A stretch of 62,754 nucleotides of DNA, counting the filler. It is 11 parts of 11 records of this genome, joined end to end, with 100 filler letters (N's around TTAATTAATTAA, not from the genome) between each part and the next. Parts side by side here need not be neighbours in the genome. Positions count along the whole stretch, not along the records: positions 1 to 4,725 come from SRR7504441_198; positions 4,826 to 11,312 come from SRR7504441_199; 9 more parts are not named here. One strand, written 5' to 3'. Shown here in pieces: positions 1 to 11,412 of this stretch. The position numbers and the translations under genes were made by a program. The notes below the pieces were generated by a model. The model made no database searches and was not told the DNA's origin. It worked only from the letters and a program-made list of their open reading frames with translations. Each line of letters opens with the position of its first letter. Position 1 is the first letter of the stretch.

Positions 1-261
1 TATGTGATCATGCAAGATGAATACATGTACATTAATTCCTGATGATATCAATTTGGAAGGTGGCCAATGTCAAAGAATCACAGATCACGACCGCGACGTC
101 GTCAGTACGATAATCATGACAATTACGTGAATCTGACTGAATCATGATTGTCAAGCTTGATGTACATGAATGTTTAAATGTTGCAATGTAATAGGCATTA
201 AAAGCTCAGGTCGAGCTATGCTCTGGCTAGCTTCCTCGCTTCCGCCCCAGCCGCCGCCTCC

Positions 262-1629
262 TCAGAGCGATCCAAACGTCGCACAGCCTAGGCATCGCGG
301 CACTGTCATTGGGCTGACCGCTTGCCAGCCATCATGCACCGGATCGTAGACCTCCACCGCACTGAAGAACTCGTCCCGGGCCTCATCCGTCACGTACCGG
401 TACCCGCCCACTGCATACATTCGCCCTCCGACCACCACCAGGCACAGCTTGCTCCTGGCAGCACAGAGCGGTGCCACCCGCTCCCAGCAGTCGGTCTCAG
501 GATCGTATCGCTCGACAGTATCATACACCGCCGTGTCCGTGTTGCCCTCGCCGGCACCCTGCCCGCCGGCCGCGTATATCTTGCCATCCAGCGCGGCAGC
601 CGCCAGCGAGCCTCGGGCGGTTGGCATCTGAGCGAGCTGGGTCCACCGACCAGTCACAGGATCAAGTCTTTCAAATGATCCAGTGACCTCCCGTCGGGCC
701 GGGACCGCGTCAATGTCCATCTCCTCGCCGCCCACCACATACACGCACCCGTCGTCAAGGCTGACCGCCGCACAGCCCTTTCGCCGCTCTGTGCACATAG
801 GCGCACATGCAGTCCACTCGTCGCTCTGAGGGTCATACCGCTCGACTGCGGTGCTGCCGTTACCCTGCATATCGGTGCTCCCCCCCAGTGCGTACAGGCA
901 GCCGCCCACCCCGACCAGCGCCAGTCCGTGCCGCGCCTGCTGCATGGGCGCCACCCGCTCCCACCGATCCCTCAGAGTGTCGTACCTCTCCACCAAAGCC
1001 GACGGCTTTGGCGTCATCCCTCCTGCCACGTAGATCTGCCCGTTGAGGTTGGCGGCGGCCGCCGCGTCCCTGTCCTGGCTCGGGAGCGCGGCCGGCTCGG
1101 CGGACCAGGCGTCGGCCACTGGGTCGTACCGCTCGACCAGCCCAGCGCAGCTCTCCCACTCGTGAGACTTCCCCCCGATGAAAAAGAGGTACTCCGGGTG
1201 GGTCGGATAGAAGGCCAGCTCGAGGCTGATCGTGCCCCCCGGCTGCGACACCGGCACGCACAGCTCGGTGAGCTGGCGATGCTCCGTCACCTCCCGGAGA
1301 GTCACTGACCCCTCGCAGAGAAGGTCGTCGTCGAAACGGTCGCTGGCGTAGCAGGCCAGCTGTATCGCCGCGAGCGACATGGACGGGTCCACGGGCAGGT
1401 GCACCAGCCGACCGTCCCGCCATTCAGGGCAGCGGCCGGCGTTCCTGGCCACCGAGGAGAAGGCGACCACGGTGCGCTCCGGGCAGCTGAGCGAGAATTT
1501 GACGTAGATGTCGAGGGCCCCGAAGCGCGACTGGTCGCTGAGCCCGTCGGCCCGGAGCAGCTTGATGGCCAGCACCCCCTGCCGCACGATGTCGTCGCGG
1601 GCGAGATCATCCGACCCCAGAGCCACCAT
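262..1629 (-). CDS. C2-domain + Kelch-repeat protein
   Basis: Intronless ORF (open to 1704; likely start MVALGS at 1629). N-terminal C2-like region (LAIKLLRADGLSD..LDIYVKF..PEW..YASDRFDDDLLCEG) followed by about 6 Kelch repeats (IYVAGG..VERYDP..W..VAPM..AR). Confidence 0.85.
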   Translation of the reverse strand: MVALGSDDLARDDIVRQGVLAIKLLRADGLSDQSRFGALDIYVKFSLSCPERTVVAFSSVARNAGRCPEWRDGRLVHLPVDPSMSLAAIQLACYASDRFDDDLLCEGSVTLREVTEHRQLTELCVPVSQPGGTISLELAFYPTHPEYLFFIGGKSHEWESCAGLVERYDPVADAWSAEPAALPSQDRDAAAAANLNGQIYVAGGMTPKPSALVERYDTLRDRWERVAPMQQARHGLALVGVGGCLYALGGSTDMQGNGSTAVERYDPQSDEWTACAPMCTERRKGCAAVSLDDGCVYVVGGEEMDIDAVPARREVTGSFERLDPVTGRWTQLAQMPTARGSLAAAALDGKIYAAGGQGAGEGNTDTAVYDTVERYDPETDCWERVAPLCAARSKLCLVVVGGRMYAVGGYRYVTDEARDEFFSAVEVYDPVHDGWQAVSPMTVPRCLGCATFGSL

Positions 1630-1725
1630 CTTGCACTCGACTATCAAAAGTAACGGACAAGACGCGCCCCGGTTGGCTCTGCAAGGAAGGATGCGATATC
1701 CCATCGGGGGGGATTAGACTGTAGC

Positions 1726-2742
1726 ATGGTGATCGGCGGGCTCGCTCTCCTCGCGGCCGCGTTGGGCTCGCTGCTCTGCGGGGGCGCCGGGCTGCTGCTC
1801 GTGCTCTGGGCCCTCCCACGCCGGCTCTCGGCCGCGCTGGTGATGCCGGCGGTGCTCCGGTCGGCTGAGCGCGCCGTATGGGAGTCAGACGCCAAGTGGC
1901 GCCCGCTGCCGGTGCGCAACCCAGCCGGGGACCGGCTCGAAGCCCGCCGGTGGTCCGCCGACCCGAAGCAAACCCGCTGGTTGCTCATGCTTAAGCCGAA
2001 CAACGCGGTGGCCGGGCGGCATGTGCCCGGGCTGGCCGCCGCCCGACGGTTTGCCCAGCGGCTGGGTCGGGGGCTGGTGCAATTCAATTACCGCGGGATC
2101 GGCAGCTCGGAGGGCCGGCTGAGGCGGCCGGAGGATCTGGTGCAAGACGCCGAGGCCGTGCTAACTCAGCTCGGGGCCGAGGACGACGTGTTGCTCTATG
2201 GGCACAGCATAGGTGGGGCGGTGGCTGTGGGGCTGCAGGCCCGCCGGCCCGGGTTGAAGGCGATTGTGGACCGCAGCTTCAGCTCGCTGGGTGCGGTGGT
2301 GTGTGCGCATGCCTCAGGCTGGCTGGGGGCGGTGCTTGGAGCGGGGCTCGCGCTCGGTGGCGCTCCGGTGATCAGCCTCGTCTGGGCTGACTCGCCCTCG
2401 TGCTGGCTTGTGGCTTTGATGGCTGGTGCGCTCTGCAGCGCTCGGCTGCATCATCCAGTGATTCGATGGGTGCCCGGGCTGCTGGGCTGGCAGATGGACT
2501 CGGGTGCACTGCTGCTCAATGACGGATCCACTCTAGTTTTGCACCACGCCCGCGATGAGATTGTGCCCCCTGAGGCCAGCCTGGCTGTGGTGGCCAGCCC
2601 TAGAGCGGCCGTGCAACTGGGCGCGAGCTCGGCCAGCGCGCACAACTACACCTGGATGATGAGTGAGCTCTATGGGCCTGACGAGCTTGAAACAGTGGTC
2701 CAGGCTGTGCAGAAGCTACAAAACTCGACCTTAGGGCAATAG
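1726..2742 (+). CDS. Membrane-anchored alpha/beta hydrolase (ABHD-like)
   Basis: N-terminal hydrophobic anchor, FNYRGIGSSEG, nucleophile motif GHSIGG, DRSFSSL, acid (DEIVP) and His (AHN). Confidence 0.8.
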   Translation: MVIGGLALLAAALGSLLCGGAGLLLVLWALPRRLSAALVMPAVLRSAERAVWESDAKWRPLPVRNPAGDRLEARRWSADPKQTRWLLMLKPNNAVAGRHVPGLAAARRFAQRLGRGLVQFNYRGIGSSEGRLRRPEDLVQDAEAVLTQLGAEDDVLLYGHSIGGAVAVGLQARRPGLKAIVDRSFSSLGAVVCAHASGWLGAVLGAGLALGGAPVISLVWADSPSCWLVALMAGALCSARLHHPVIRWVPGLLGWQMDSGALLLNDGSTLVLHHARDEIVPPEASLAVVASPRAAVQLGASSASAHNYTWMMSELYGPDELETVVQAVQKLQNSTLGQ

Positions 2743-2977
2743 TAAAGTAAAATGGCTACGAGCGTGTACTGATTATGTCCACGGGGCTAGCTGAGACTTG
2801 GTCTTACCCGGTGATTATGATTATATACAATAGATCTGATCGATCGTGCCGGCGGTGGTGCGATCAGCTGGCGATCGGCAACTCACTGAACTCAGCAATT
2901 ACTCGGCAACTCACCGAACTCGCTGAATTGCATCTTTTCAGCCACCGCGCCTGCACGAGCTCGCAACGGCCGCAAAC

Positions 2978-3374
2978 ATGCCCTCAGATGAAGGGTCCGC
3001 GGTGCTCCGGGTGGCAAAGTTCATTGTGTGCATGGCGGCCGGCGTGGCCAGCGTGCTCCACGGTATCCAGACCATCCAGCCGCTCACCTGGGACCGTTGG
3101 AACGACAGCGGCAAGGCACCCCCGCCCCCCGCCCCCGGCCGGTCAGCTCTGAACAGGCACTATTCCGCTGCCTGCTGCCTGGAATCGTCTCCATGATCCC
3201 CGCAGGCAAATGGTGCCCGGCCGCCGCGGTCCAGCCGCAGGTTGGCCCAGGTTCGGCAGCGGTGGCCCGGGCCCGGTTCATCCTTACTTCGCGGCCATGT
3301 TTGGTTGGGCGGCCCTGTGCTTTCGGTTCGGCTATTTCAAAGGCCTCGCGCTGCGGGCGGGCAAGCCGGTCTGA
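2978..3374 (+). CDS. Small (~106 aa) putative membrane protein, 3 exons
   Basis: Removing GC-AG introns 3116-3156 and 3206-3240 gives MPSDEGSAVLRVAKFIVCMAAGVASVLHG...GK|ALFRCLLPGIVSMIPAG|WPRFG...YFAAMFGWAALCFRFGYFKGLALRAGKPV* with hydrophobic segments. Confidence 0.55.
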
Positions 3375-3820
3375 GATCCGCCGCTGGGTGCACAGTGTGA
3401 TTGGTGCGCGGCGACTGCTTGGGCGGGCGGTTTCATTAGAGGACGCAATGTGCGACGTGTCCCTTTGTCTTTCTATACAGTATCAACACTAGAGTTCTCA
3501 AATTATGTAGACTACTTATTGTTCAACGCGCGTATGCCGTGCGAAGCAGTGACGCTCGTGACAGATCAATTCAAAGCTATGATACTTATATTCCTGATTT
3601 ATTCCGATTATTTTAATTTTACGTCCTACCGCTTCCTTCATTGCCTCTTCGTCAACACGTACGACACCTCATCCGCTTGGCACTTCGATTAAGACGTTCC
3701 ACAAGCCAGATGGCCGACAGCGGGCGCTGCAGCACTGATTCAAGTTCCCAGGGAAGTCCAGCCCCAGTAGCTGCCTTGCTCAACACTCTAGATCCGATTA
3801 CCGTTCTCTCAATTCCAGGA

Positions 3821-4641
3821 TTAGTTGAGCACGCACGATTCATAGGTCGGGATCATGTACTTGATATTGATGAACGCGTCCTCGCCTCCGTGCTTTTCGA
3901 AGGTCTCCAGCGTGCTGCAGATTAAATCGCCAATAGTGCCCCTCTTCCTCTGCCCGTAATCGATCTTGTCCCCGAGGTTCGTATTGCACTGCTTGAAAAT
4001 GTTGAGCACCGGGAGGATCTGGCGGTAGTACGGGACCAGCGCCTCGCCTATCATGTCCCCGGATACCACAAGCTCTTGCAGCACCTTGAGCACCACGGAG
4101 ATCACATCAGGGTCACGCGTGTTGAGTGCGGTCTTGATCGGGATGATCAGCTGCGGGATCACAGGCAGGATCTTGCTCCCGCCCTTGGCCAGCAAATTGA
4201 ACGCGCCCTCGATCGCCAGGAACCGGAACGGCTCTTCTCGCTCCCTCAGCCCTGCGCCGAGTCACGTCTAAATATAGGCGCGGGCAGACCGTCAAAGAAG
4301 ATGGGCAGGTAGTGGTGATAGTCAAGCAGCTCCGGCTCTACCTTCCAAGAGATCATGTTCCCCGACGCGCAGTGCATGATCGCGATCGGCAGGTCTCCCC
4401 GCTCGTAGAACCGGCGGAATTCGGTGTTGGGTGGGTTGGGACGCTTCTTAAACGCGCCGGCCTTGGGCGGGCGGATCCCGGAGGTCATGTCAATCGTCTT
4501 TGGGTTGAGCGATGAAACCATCCCTCCGCTCCCGGAGTGGCCCCGCAGGAAGGTGTCCGGGTTGGGCAACTCCGTTTGATGAATGTATTCCCCGGTGCCC
4601 TTGTGCAGCCTAGGCAGGGTGTCCGGGGTGGCGTAGGTCAT
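3821..4641 (-). CDS. PACRG: Parkin co-regulated gene protein (axonemal inner-junction protein)
   Basis: [39 protein letters not shown] (38-nt GT-AG intron 4252-4289), [32 protein letters not shown]. Confidence 0.95.
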
Positions 4642-4725
4642 GGAGTGGGCCCCCGGGCGGATGCGCGAATCACATGGCTCGGTGGCGTCAAAGCACGAGT
4701 TGGTCTGAGCGTACCTGCCCCCCCC

Positions 4726-4825
4726 NNNNNNNNNNNNNNNNNNNNNNNNNNNNNNNNNNNNNNNNNNNNTTAATTAATTAANNNNNNNNNNNNNNNNNNN
4801 NNNNNNNNNNNNNNNNNNNNNNNNN
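4726..4825. other. Artificial contig linker (N44-TTAATTAATTAA-N44)
   Basis: Identical 100-nt spacer with stops in all frames. Also at 11313-11412, 15314-15413, 20358-20457, 23589-23688, 27520-27619, 31727-31826, 37673-37772, 50807-50906 and 57522-57621. Confidence 0.99.
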
Positions 4826-4912
4826 CCGAAATGATTTCAATAGCGCAGCGATGTACTGCTGCGAGGCCGCTGCCACTGTGTTAGCCGGGCACTTTTGAGG
4901 AGACATGGCCGC

Positions 4913-5793
4913 TCAATAAACACACATTTCGTCAATTGTCGGGCGGTTGTAGAAAATCACGATTTTTGCATTGTAGACTCGCAACGCCTTCAGCTCATAA
5001 CCCCCTCCGGTGACCACGTACCCAAACCGCAGCCGATCCCCCTTCCGAGCTAGCCCCACAACGTCGCTTCTATTTGCCGTTAGGTCGTCATAGCACACCC
5101 GCTGCTCACGTGGGGCCGGTCCGAGCGGATCACCCCTCGTACTGGCGAGCACCTGACCCGGCTCAGGCCTCACTTCAGCGCAGCACGCGCCTGCCCGCCA
5201 CGGACCAGCTGCGTGACGAGCAGACCGTCGCATCCCGGGCCGGAGCAGTTCTGCCAGCCCACCGAGTACACCACCCGTGACACCGTATACGACAGCTCCT
5301 CGGACTCGCACGCGAACGCACCTGCCGGGACTTGTTCCGCGGCCCCAGCCGGCGGCTTGACCTTCGCAGACAAACTGCTGGGTGGTTTCAAGCACCTGGA
5401 CGCCCAGCGCGCTCCTGGGCGTGATGAAGATCACCTAGCGCCCGCTGCCGGCCGCCCAGCCGCGCCCGACACACGTCTCTGACGGTCAGCCGGTCGCCGT
5501 CGGAGAGCCCAGCGGCCTGGACAGTGTCCTGGCTTCGCAGCATCTCGTGCGAGTTGTACAGCTCAAGCTCCGACGCCGATCTGGCCCCCGGGCTCCGGCC
5601 GGCCCCCGGTTGGCGGGCACAGCATGCCGCGCAGCCTGGCCTTCACTTGGCTCACTGTCTGGCCCGGCTCCACATCGAGCACACGGACTCCGGTGTCCGA
5701 CGACACGCGCAGCGAGAACCGTCCGCTGTCCCGCCGGCTGCACTCGGATGACCGCCGCCGGCCGCCCTCCTCCTTCTCGGCTACACAGCCCAT
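4913..5793 (-). CDS. Ubiquitin-like domain protein with uncharacterised C-terminal domain, multi-exon
   Basis: Spliced Ubl: FSLRVSSDTGVRVLDVEPGQTVSQVKARLRGML|SASELELYNSHEMLRSQDTVQAAGLSDGDRLT|VIF. C-terminus VVGLARKGDRLRFGYVVTGGGYELKALRV. Confidence 0.6.
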
Positions 5794-5863
5794 GCTGGCG
5801 GGGCTCACCGGCTTTTTTTTTTCTGGCGACGACCGTTGCGAAGCCCCAGCCCAGCGGAGGATC

Positions 5864-6797
5864 ATGGCGCACAGGTACAGTGATCGCCACTCGGGGGGCG
5901 GGGCGCAGTTCCATCGGCCGCAGTTCAGCAAGCGGGAGTACCAGAGCGAGATCCCGCACACCTCATCGATCTACGGCGGCTACGAAGCCCCCCGGGCCCC
6001 ATACGCCACCGAGGAAAGCGTCAACGACGCGCAGGCGCACAACGACCTGCCCAACAACGTCCCGCTGTACCACATCACGCACTACGAGCGGCCGACCAAC
6101 GCGCCGCCGCCGGCCCAGCCGTCGCCCATCCTGCACAACGGCCCGGTCCCGATGCCGATCCACCAGTCGCAAGGGGCGCTCAGGCACCAGGCTTGCCCCC
6201 CGCAAGCCTGGATGGGCGGGATGGATTCGCACTTGTGCATCCCGCGGGGCAACGCCCAGGCCGGCGGGCTGGCCGAGCCGCGCAACGAGGCCAAGACCTT
6301 GATCGAAAGCAACTACCCGTCCACCCTGGTCGAGCCGCAGTTCGGTGCGGCCGGCGCCGGGTCCGGAGCGCTTACTGGGGGGTCAGGCGAGGAGGCTAAC
6401 GGGTGCTGCCCTCACTCGTCCCCGATCCAATCCTGGCAAGCTAGCTACGACTCCTCCCTGCACGCCTACCGCAGGAAGGCCGATGAGGATGCGTGCACCA
6501 CCGCTCGCACCACAGCCGGGCAGGGGCTAGCGCCCTCTTCGCCCACTTCCAAGAATCTGGACCACACTTCGGCCGGTCAGGGGCACAACTATACCAACAA
6601 GCGGGTGCCGCACACCGTGCCCCCCGCGGTGCGTTGTTTTAGCCCTAACCCTGGCTGACTCGCGCGGGCAGCCTTGGCTCGGAGGGTTCGACTCAGGGCT
6701 GCTTAGCCACCGCTGTCACTCGGAAAGCAAGATGGATGCCAAGGCGGCTGGGTATTCGTCCAACGTGGCCCAGCTTGTCCACGGCTTTGACAACTAA
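5864..6797 (+). CDS. Hypothetical low-complexity, likely disordered protein
   Basis: Coding-like ORF from ATG 5864. A GT-AG intron at about 6629-6671 leads to a terminal exon PWLGGFDSG...VHGFDN*. Confidence 0.55.
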
Positions 6798-7057
6798 GAT
6801 TTGACTGCTGATGGCTGGTCGGTTGGACCGTGATTGGAGAATTAGAATTGTTTGACTACTAGAGCAGCCCAATGTTGTTTAAGTTTAGCGAGCTTCATAA
6901 ATTACATGTAGGGTTTATTTGATTCAAAATTTAAGCACAAATGTTTGTCTTGAAAAAGATTACCTTTTTTTATTATTGCTAAGACATCTCTGACTTACTT
7001 GTACGTACGTACTATTGTCAGCCTATCAATTGTCAGCCAAACTGCAGAAGGCCGGAT

Positions 7058-10000
7058 TTAGTTCTCGCTTTCGGCCACCGCTGGCTCTAATTGCTTCTTA
7101 GCTGGCGCCTCCTCGGCTGCCTTCTGCTCCGCTGCAGCGGCTGCAGCCTCATCCTCGGTTGCCTTCTGCTTGGCAGCGGCGGCCTCTTCTGTCTCGCGCT
7201 GAGCGGCGGCAGCCTCCTCCTCCGTAATCGCAGGAGCTGTCTGCTCGGGTACCACTAGCTGCGCCTCCTGCGCCGCCAGGCTGGACTTTCCGACCATCTC
7301 GGCGAACACTCCGCCCGGCTTGGACCGGAGTAGACTCGGGCTGCCGCTCTCAACCACCTTGCCGCTCTCGAGCACGAGCACCTGGTCGCAGTTTATGATC
7401 GTGTCGATCCGGTGCGCGATCACGATCACAGTCGCCCCCTGGAACATCTGCCCGCCAAACATGGCCTGCTGGACCAGCTGGTCGGTTTCTAGGTCAACAT
7501 TAGCAGTGCACTCGTCCATGATCACAATCCGATTCCGCGCAATCATGCTCCTAGCAAGGCTGATCAGCTGCCGCTGTCCGACCGACAGGTTCTTGCCAGC
7601 CTCGGCCACCGGCATCCCGAGCCCATCCGGTTGATTGAGCACGAATTGGGTCAGTTGTACGGCCTGCAGCACCTGCCAGAGGTCCTCGTCTGCGTGCTTG
7701 CCAAAAGGGTCCAAGTTGAACCGGAGAGTGCCTGAGAAAAGGTTTGGCACCTGCGGAATGAAGCTGATCCTGTTCCGGAAGCTGGCCAGCGGGACGCTCG
7801 ACAGATCTACGCCGTCCACCAGCACCCGGCCGGCCACCACTTGGTTGAGCCTGAGCAAGGCAGCTGCCAGCGACGACTTGCCTGAGCCAGTCCGGCCAAC
7901 CACTCCACAAGAGCTGCCAGCAGGCACCAGCAGATCGACTCCTTTGAGCACCATTGGCAGGTCGTCCCGGTAGCGCACTTCCAGCGACTCTACCTTGATC
8001 TCGCCTGTTGGTGGCCAGTTGTCGGCTACGGTGCCAGCCGGGGGCGGCGAGCTCTCCTCGGAGGGTGTGGCAGCGTAGTTCAGGATCCGCTCGACAGAGG
8101 TCATCATTGTCTCGACTTGCGCCGTCTGGCGGACCATGTACTGGAACATGCCGCTCAGATTGATGCAGTACACCAGCGCGAGTGAGGCCAGCGCCGCATC
8201 CAGTTGGTCCTTGAGTCCGACCACCATGGCGCCACACCCGAGCGTGACACAGAATGAGAGCAGGTCTAACCGGACCCCAATCCAGCGGTTCACCAGCAAC
8301 CAGGCGTGCCAGGCAGTGCCATTAGTCATCAGCAGCTCTTCAAACCGTGCCTGCAGCCGCAGCTGCTGCCCGAACGCCCGGATGGTGAGAAGCCCAGCCA
8401 GGTTTTCAGCGAAAGTGGAGAAGATGGGCGATTTGGTGATGGACTCCATCCGCTTAATCTCGCGGCACGAGATCAGAAACCGGCGCCGCACCCGCCAGAA
8501 GCCATAAATCAACCCAGGGATCATGATGAGCAGCCACGGTATGGCAGCGCACACGACGCAAAGCGACCCGAACACCATGAATCCGATCTGGAAGGCGTCG
8601 AACAGCACCACAGGCAGCACTTCGTCCACTTGGCCTTGGTCGGATGCAAACTTATTCATGATCCGGCCGTGAGGGTTCGAAGTGAAAAAGTGGAGCGGCG
8701 CGTTGAGCACAGCCCACAACGAGGTTGAGTGCATGTTAGAGGAAGCCAGCAGCGTAGCCGCGAAGAAGACAACCGACCGGATCAGTGCTGTGATCACGGC
8801 GGCGATGCACAGCCCGAGGAAAGTATAGTACAAATACGGGTCGTTCTGGTCGTCCTGCTCTTGCCAGATCTGAAGCCAGACATCTGCAGCCACAATGCAG
8901 CACTGTCCAAGCAGAAATAGCACCAGCACTGTCACCGCCCGGCACACCCCACCAAACTTGATGTAATCCCAGTACGTCCGCAGCTCGACGTCCCCAATCT
9001 GACGATCCTCAGGCATCACCAGAGTGAGCCGCTCCGACTGTGCCTGCTCTGTGACCTCTTCGTCATCCGCGACACTCGGCTCAGCAGCCGGCTCAACTTG
9101 TGAGTCGTCTTGTGAGTCGTCCTGCTCCGCTGGAGGGCCAAACACAGGCGGGCTGCGCTGGCTGGGTTCCGTGAGCTTGAGCTGGAGGTCACACTGGCTA
9201 GCGAGCGAAGTATGGTGCGTGGTGAGGATAACCGTTCGGTCGCAGAGCAGCCGCTTCAGGCACTGCTGCATGACGTGCTCCCCGACAACAGTGTCCAGTG
9301 CGGCCAGCGGATCGTCCAGCAAGCAGAGCGGGGCCCTGCTGTATGCCACTCTGGCCAAGCTAACCCTGGCCCTCTGCCCGCCCGACAAGTTCACTCCTTT
9401 ATCTCCGATTTCGGTCATGTCGCCATCGGCCAGGCTGTCGATGTCTGTCTCAAGACCACAGGCCGCCAGCACCGCCCAGTATCGCGCCTTGTCGAAAGGC
9501 TCTCCAAAGAGAATATTATCTCGGATGGACGCAGCAAAGATCCAAGGCTGCTGTGCAGCATACCCTATCGGGCTCTGCCGGACTGCACGCGAGCCTCGCA
9601 ACAGGCTCATTTCCCCCAAGATCCCAAGCAGCAGCGCCGACTTGCCGGCCCCTACCGCCCCCGTCACAATCGTGAGCGCACCAGCCGGCACGCTCATTTC
9701 AAGACCCCGGATCGCAAACTCGTCAGGCACAGTGCTCCACGCGATGGTCGCCTCCACAAACTCGATGCTGTGGCCATCCGGCTGTGCCATCACCGCCGTG
9801 GCCGCCGGATTGGCCTCGTCGCCCGCGCTCGTCTCCACTTCAGCTTCCAACAGAAATGCCCGGAGCCTGCTGAGAGAGACCTTGACCTCCGGGAAAGTCT
9901 CAACAAACCTGGCGAAGTTCTTCCCAATCGAGAGACGGAGCACGTGCAGCAGCGAGAGCGTCCCAATCACAGTGCCCTCGTCCAAATGGTTGCCTTGGGC

Positions 10001-11180
10001 CCAATAAACTGTGAAGGTAGCGAGAGTAGCGAGAGCTGGAGAGCAGAAGTAGAGTGACAGGTTGACCGCCTTAAGCGCCTGTGAGATGAAGATCGACTTG
10101 CGCTCGAGCGTGCGGAACTGGTCGATGCGGTCAAAAAGCGCCCTCTCCCAGCCCTGCAGCTTGACTAATTCCATTCCAAGGAAAGCCTCGCTAGCCGCCT
10201 GGATCCGAGTGTCCGACCGGCTCGCCGTCACTTTCCGTTGAATCCCAAACCGGCGCCCGAGGTAGATTTGGAGCGGCAGGCAGAGCACTGGGACAGCCAC
10301 TCCGGCCACCATCGGCAGCCAGCCCACTATGAAATAAAGCAATACAGAGACTGCCACCAGATCTAAGAGGCCAGACCAGCCAAAGTGGATGGCGGTGGCG
10401 AACAGGTCGAACTTGGAGACATCGTTCGATATTAAGTTGGCTACCTTTCCGCCTGAGGCTGCAGCGAGAGCACCACTCGAAAGCCGGAGCAGCTTGGCAT
10501 GCACAAGTCCAGTCACCCCGACGCGGACATTCCAGCCGCCGCGCATCGTGTAGTAGTAGAGTGCGTGGTGCACCTGCCGCCTGGTCGCACCGGTGGGCCG
10601 GGGCTGGCTACCACAATCTGGAGCATGGCAGCGAGCAGCAGCCCACCGACCAGCGCGCCCCCTTCCCAGTAAGGCCCTTTGCGACTGAGCCACTCGGCAA
10701 TATACCCCACCAGCACGGGCTGCCCAACGCAGCAGACGCTCTCCAACAAGCAGTAAAATCCCGAAATCCAGAGCGGAGCCCAGTTAGTCTCCGCCAACAC
10801 GATGGCCCGCCACAGCCGCGGCACCCGGTGAGTGGCCTGCCACCGGCTCGGCCTGGCGCCGGCCACCCGGTCGCCTGCTCGCGTTCCCAGCTGTCCCCGA
10901 GCAGCTTAACCACAGTCTGCGGCGCATCGCGCGGCGCCAGAGGGTCCAGGTCTTCCAGCAATAGAGGCGACTCCTCTCCGCGGTCGAGCAGCGCAGAGAC
11001 GAACCTGGGCTGGGCTCAGGCTGGCAGCAGACCCGGGCGGCACCCGAAGAACCACTGAGAGCAGATACCAGCCGCGTTGTACGGGCAGCGATCGGCTGCT
11101 CGCGGGGCCCGTGGGATGGGTGGCCCGGGCACCGGCTTGACCGCCTCCTCGGCGACTTTCACGTCGTCCACCGGAGCCAT
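7058..11180 (-). CDS. ABC transporter subfamily C (MRP4-like, TMD-NBD-TMD-NBD)
   Basis: Walker A motifs GAVGAGKS and GRTGSGKS, signatures LSGGQ and LSVGQ, Walker B LLDD and IMDE. Three short 5' introns (one GC-AG at 10837-10874) link to ATG 11180. Ala/Glu/Lys-rich tail. Confidence 0.93.
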
Positions 11181-11412
11181 GTGGGTTGACGCGCCAGCGC
11201 CTGGTCCGTCACCGGGGTTAAAAAACTATATCAGAAAAAAAAGTCCGGAGGCTCCGGAACATGCATATGGTACCTTGGCCGGACGTAGATTAGTACCATC
11301 CGTCCGGCCCGGNNNNNNNNNNNNNNNNNNNNNNNNNNNNNNNNNNNNNNNNNNNNTTAATTAATTAANNNNNNNNNNNNNNNNNNNNNNNNNNNNNNNN
11401 NNNNNNNNNNNN

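Noticed and set aside
6636-6655. Telomere-like tttagccctaaccct
   Set aside because: Only about two imperfect units inside an intron; likely chance.
9024-10057. Long antisense/overlapping ORFs (also 60885-62084, 57766-58512 and many others)
   Set aside because: Shadow ORFs expected from high-GC coding sequence; no domain motifs.
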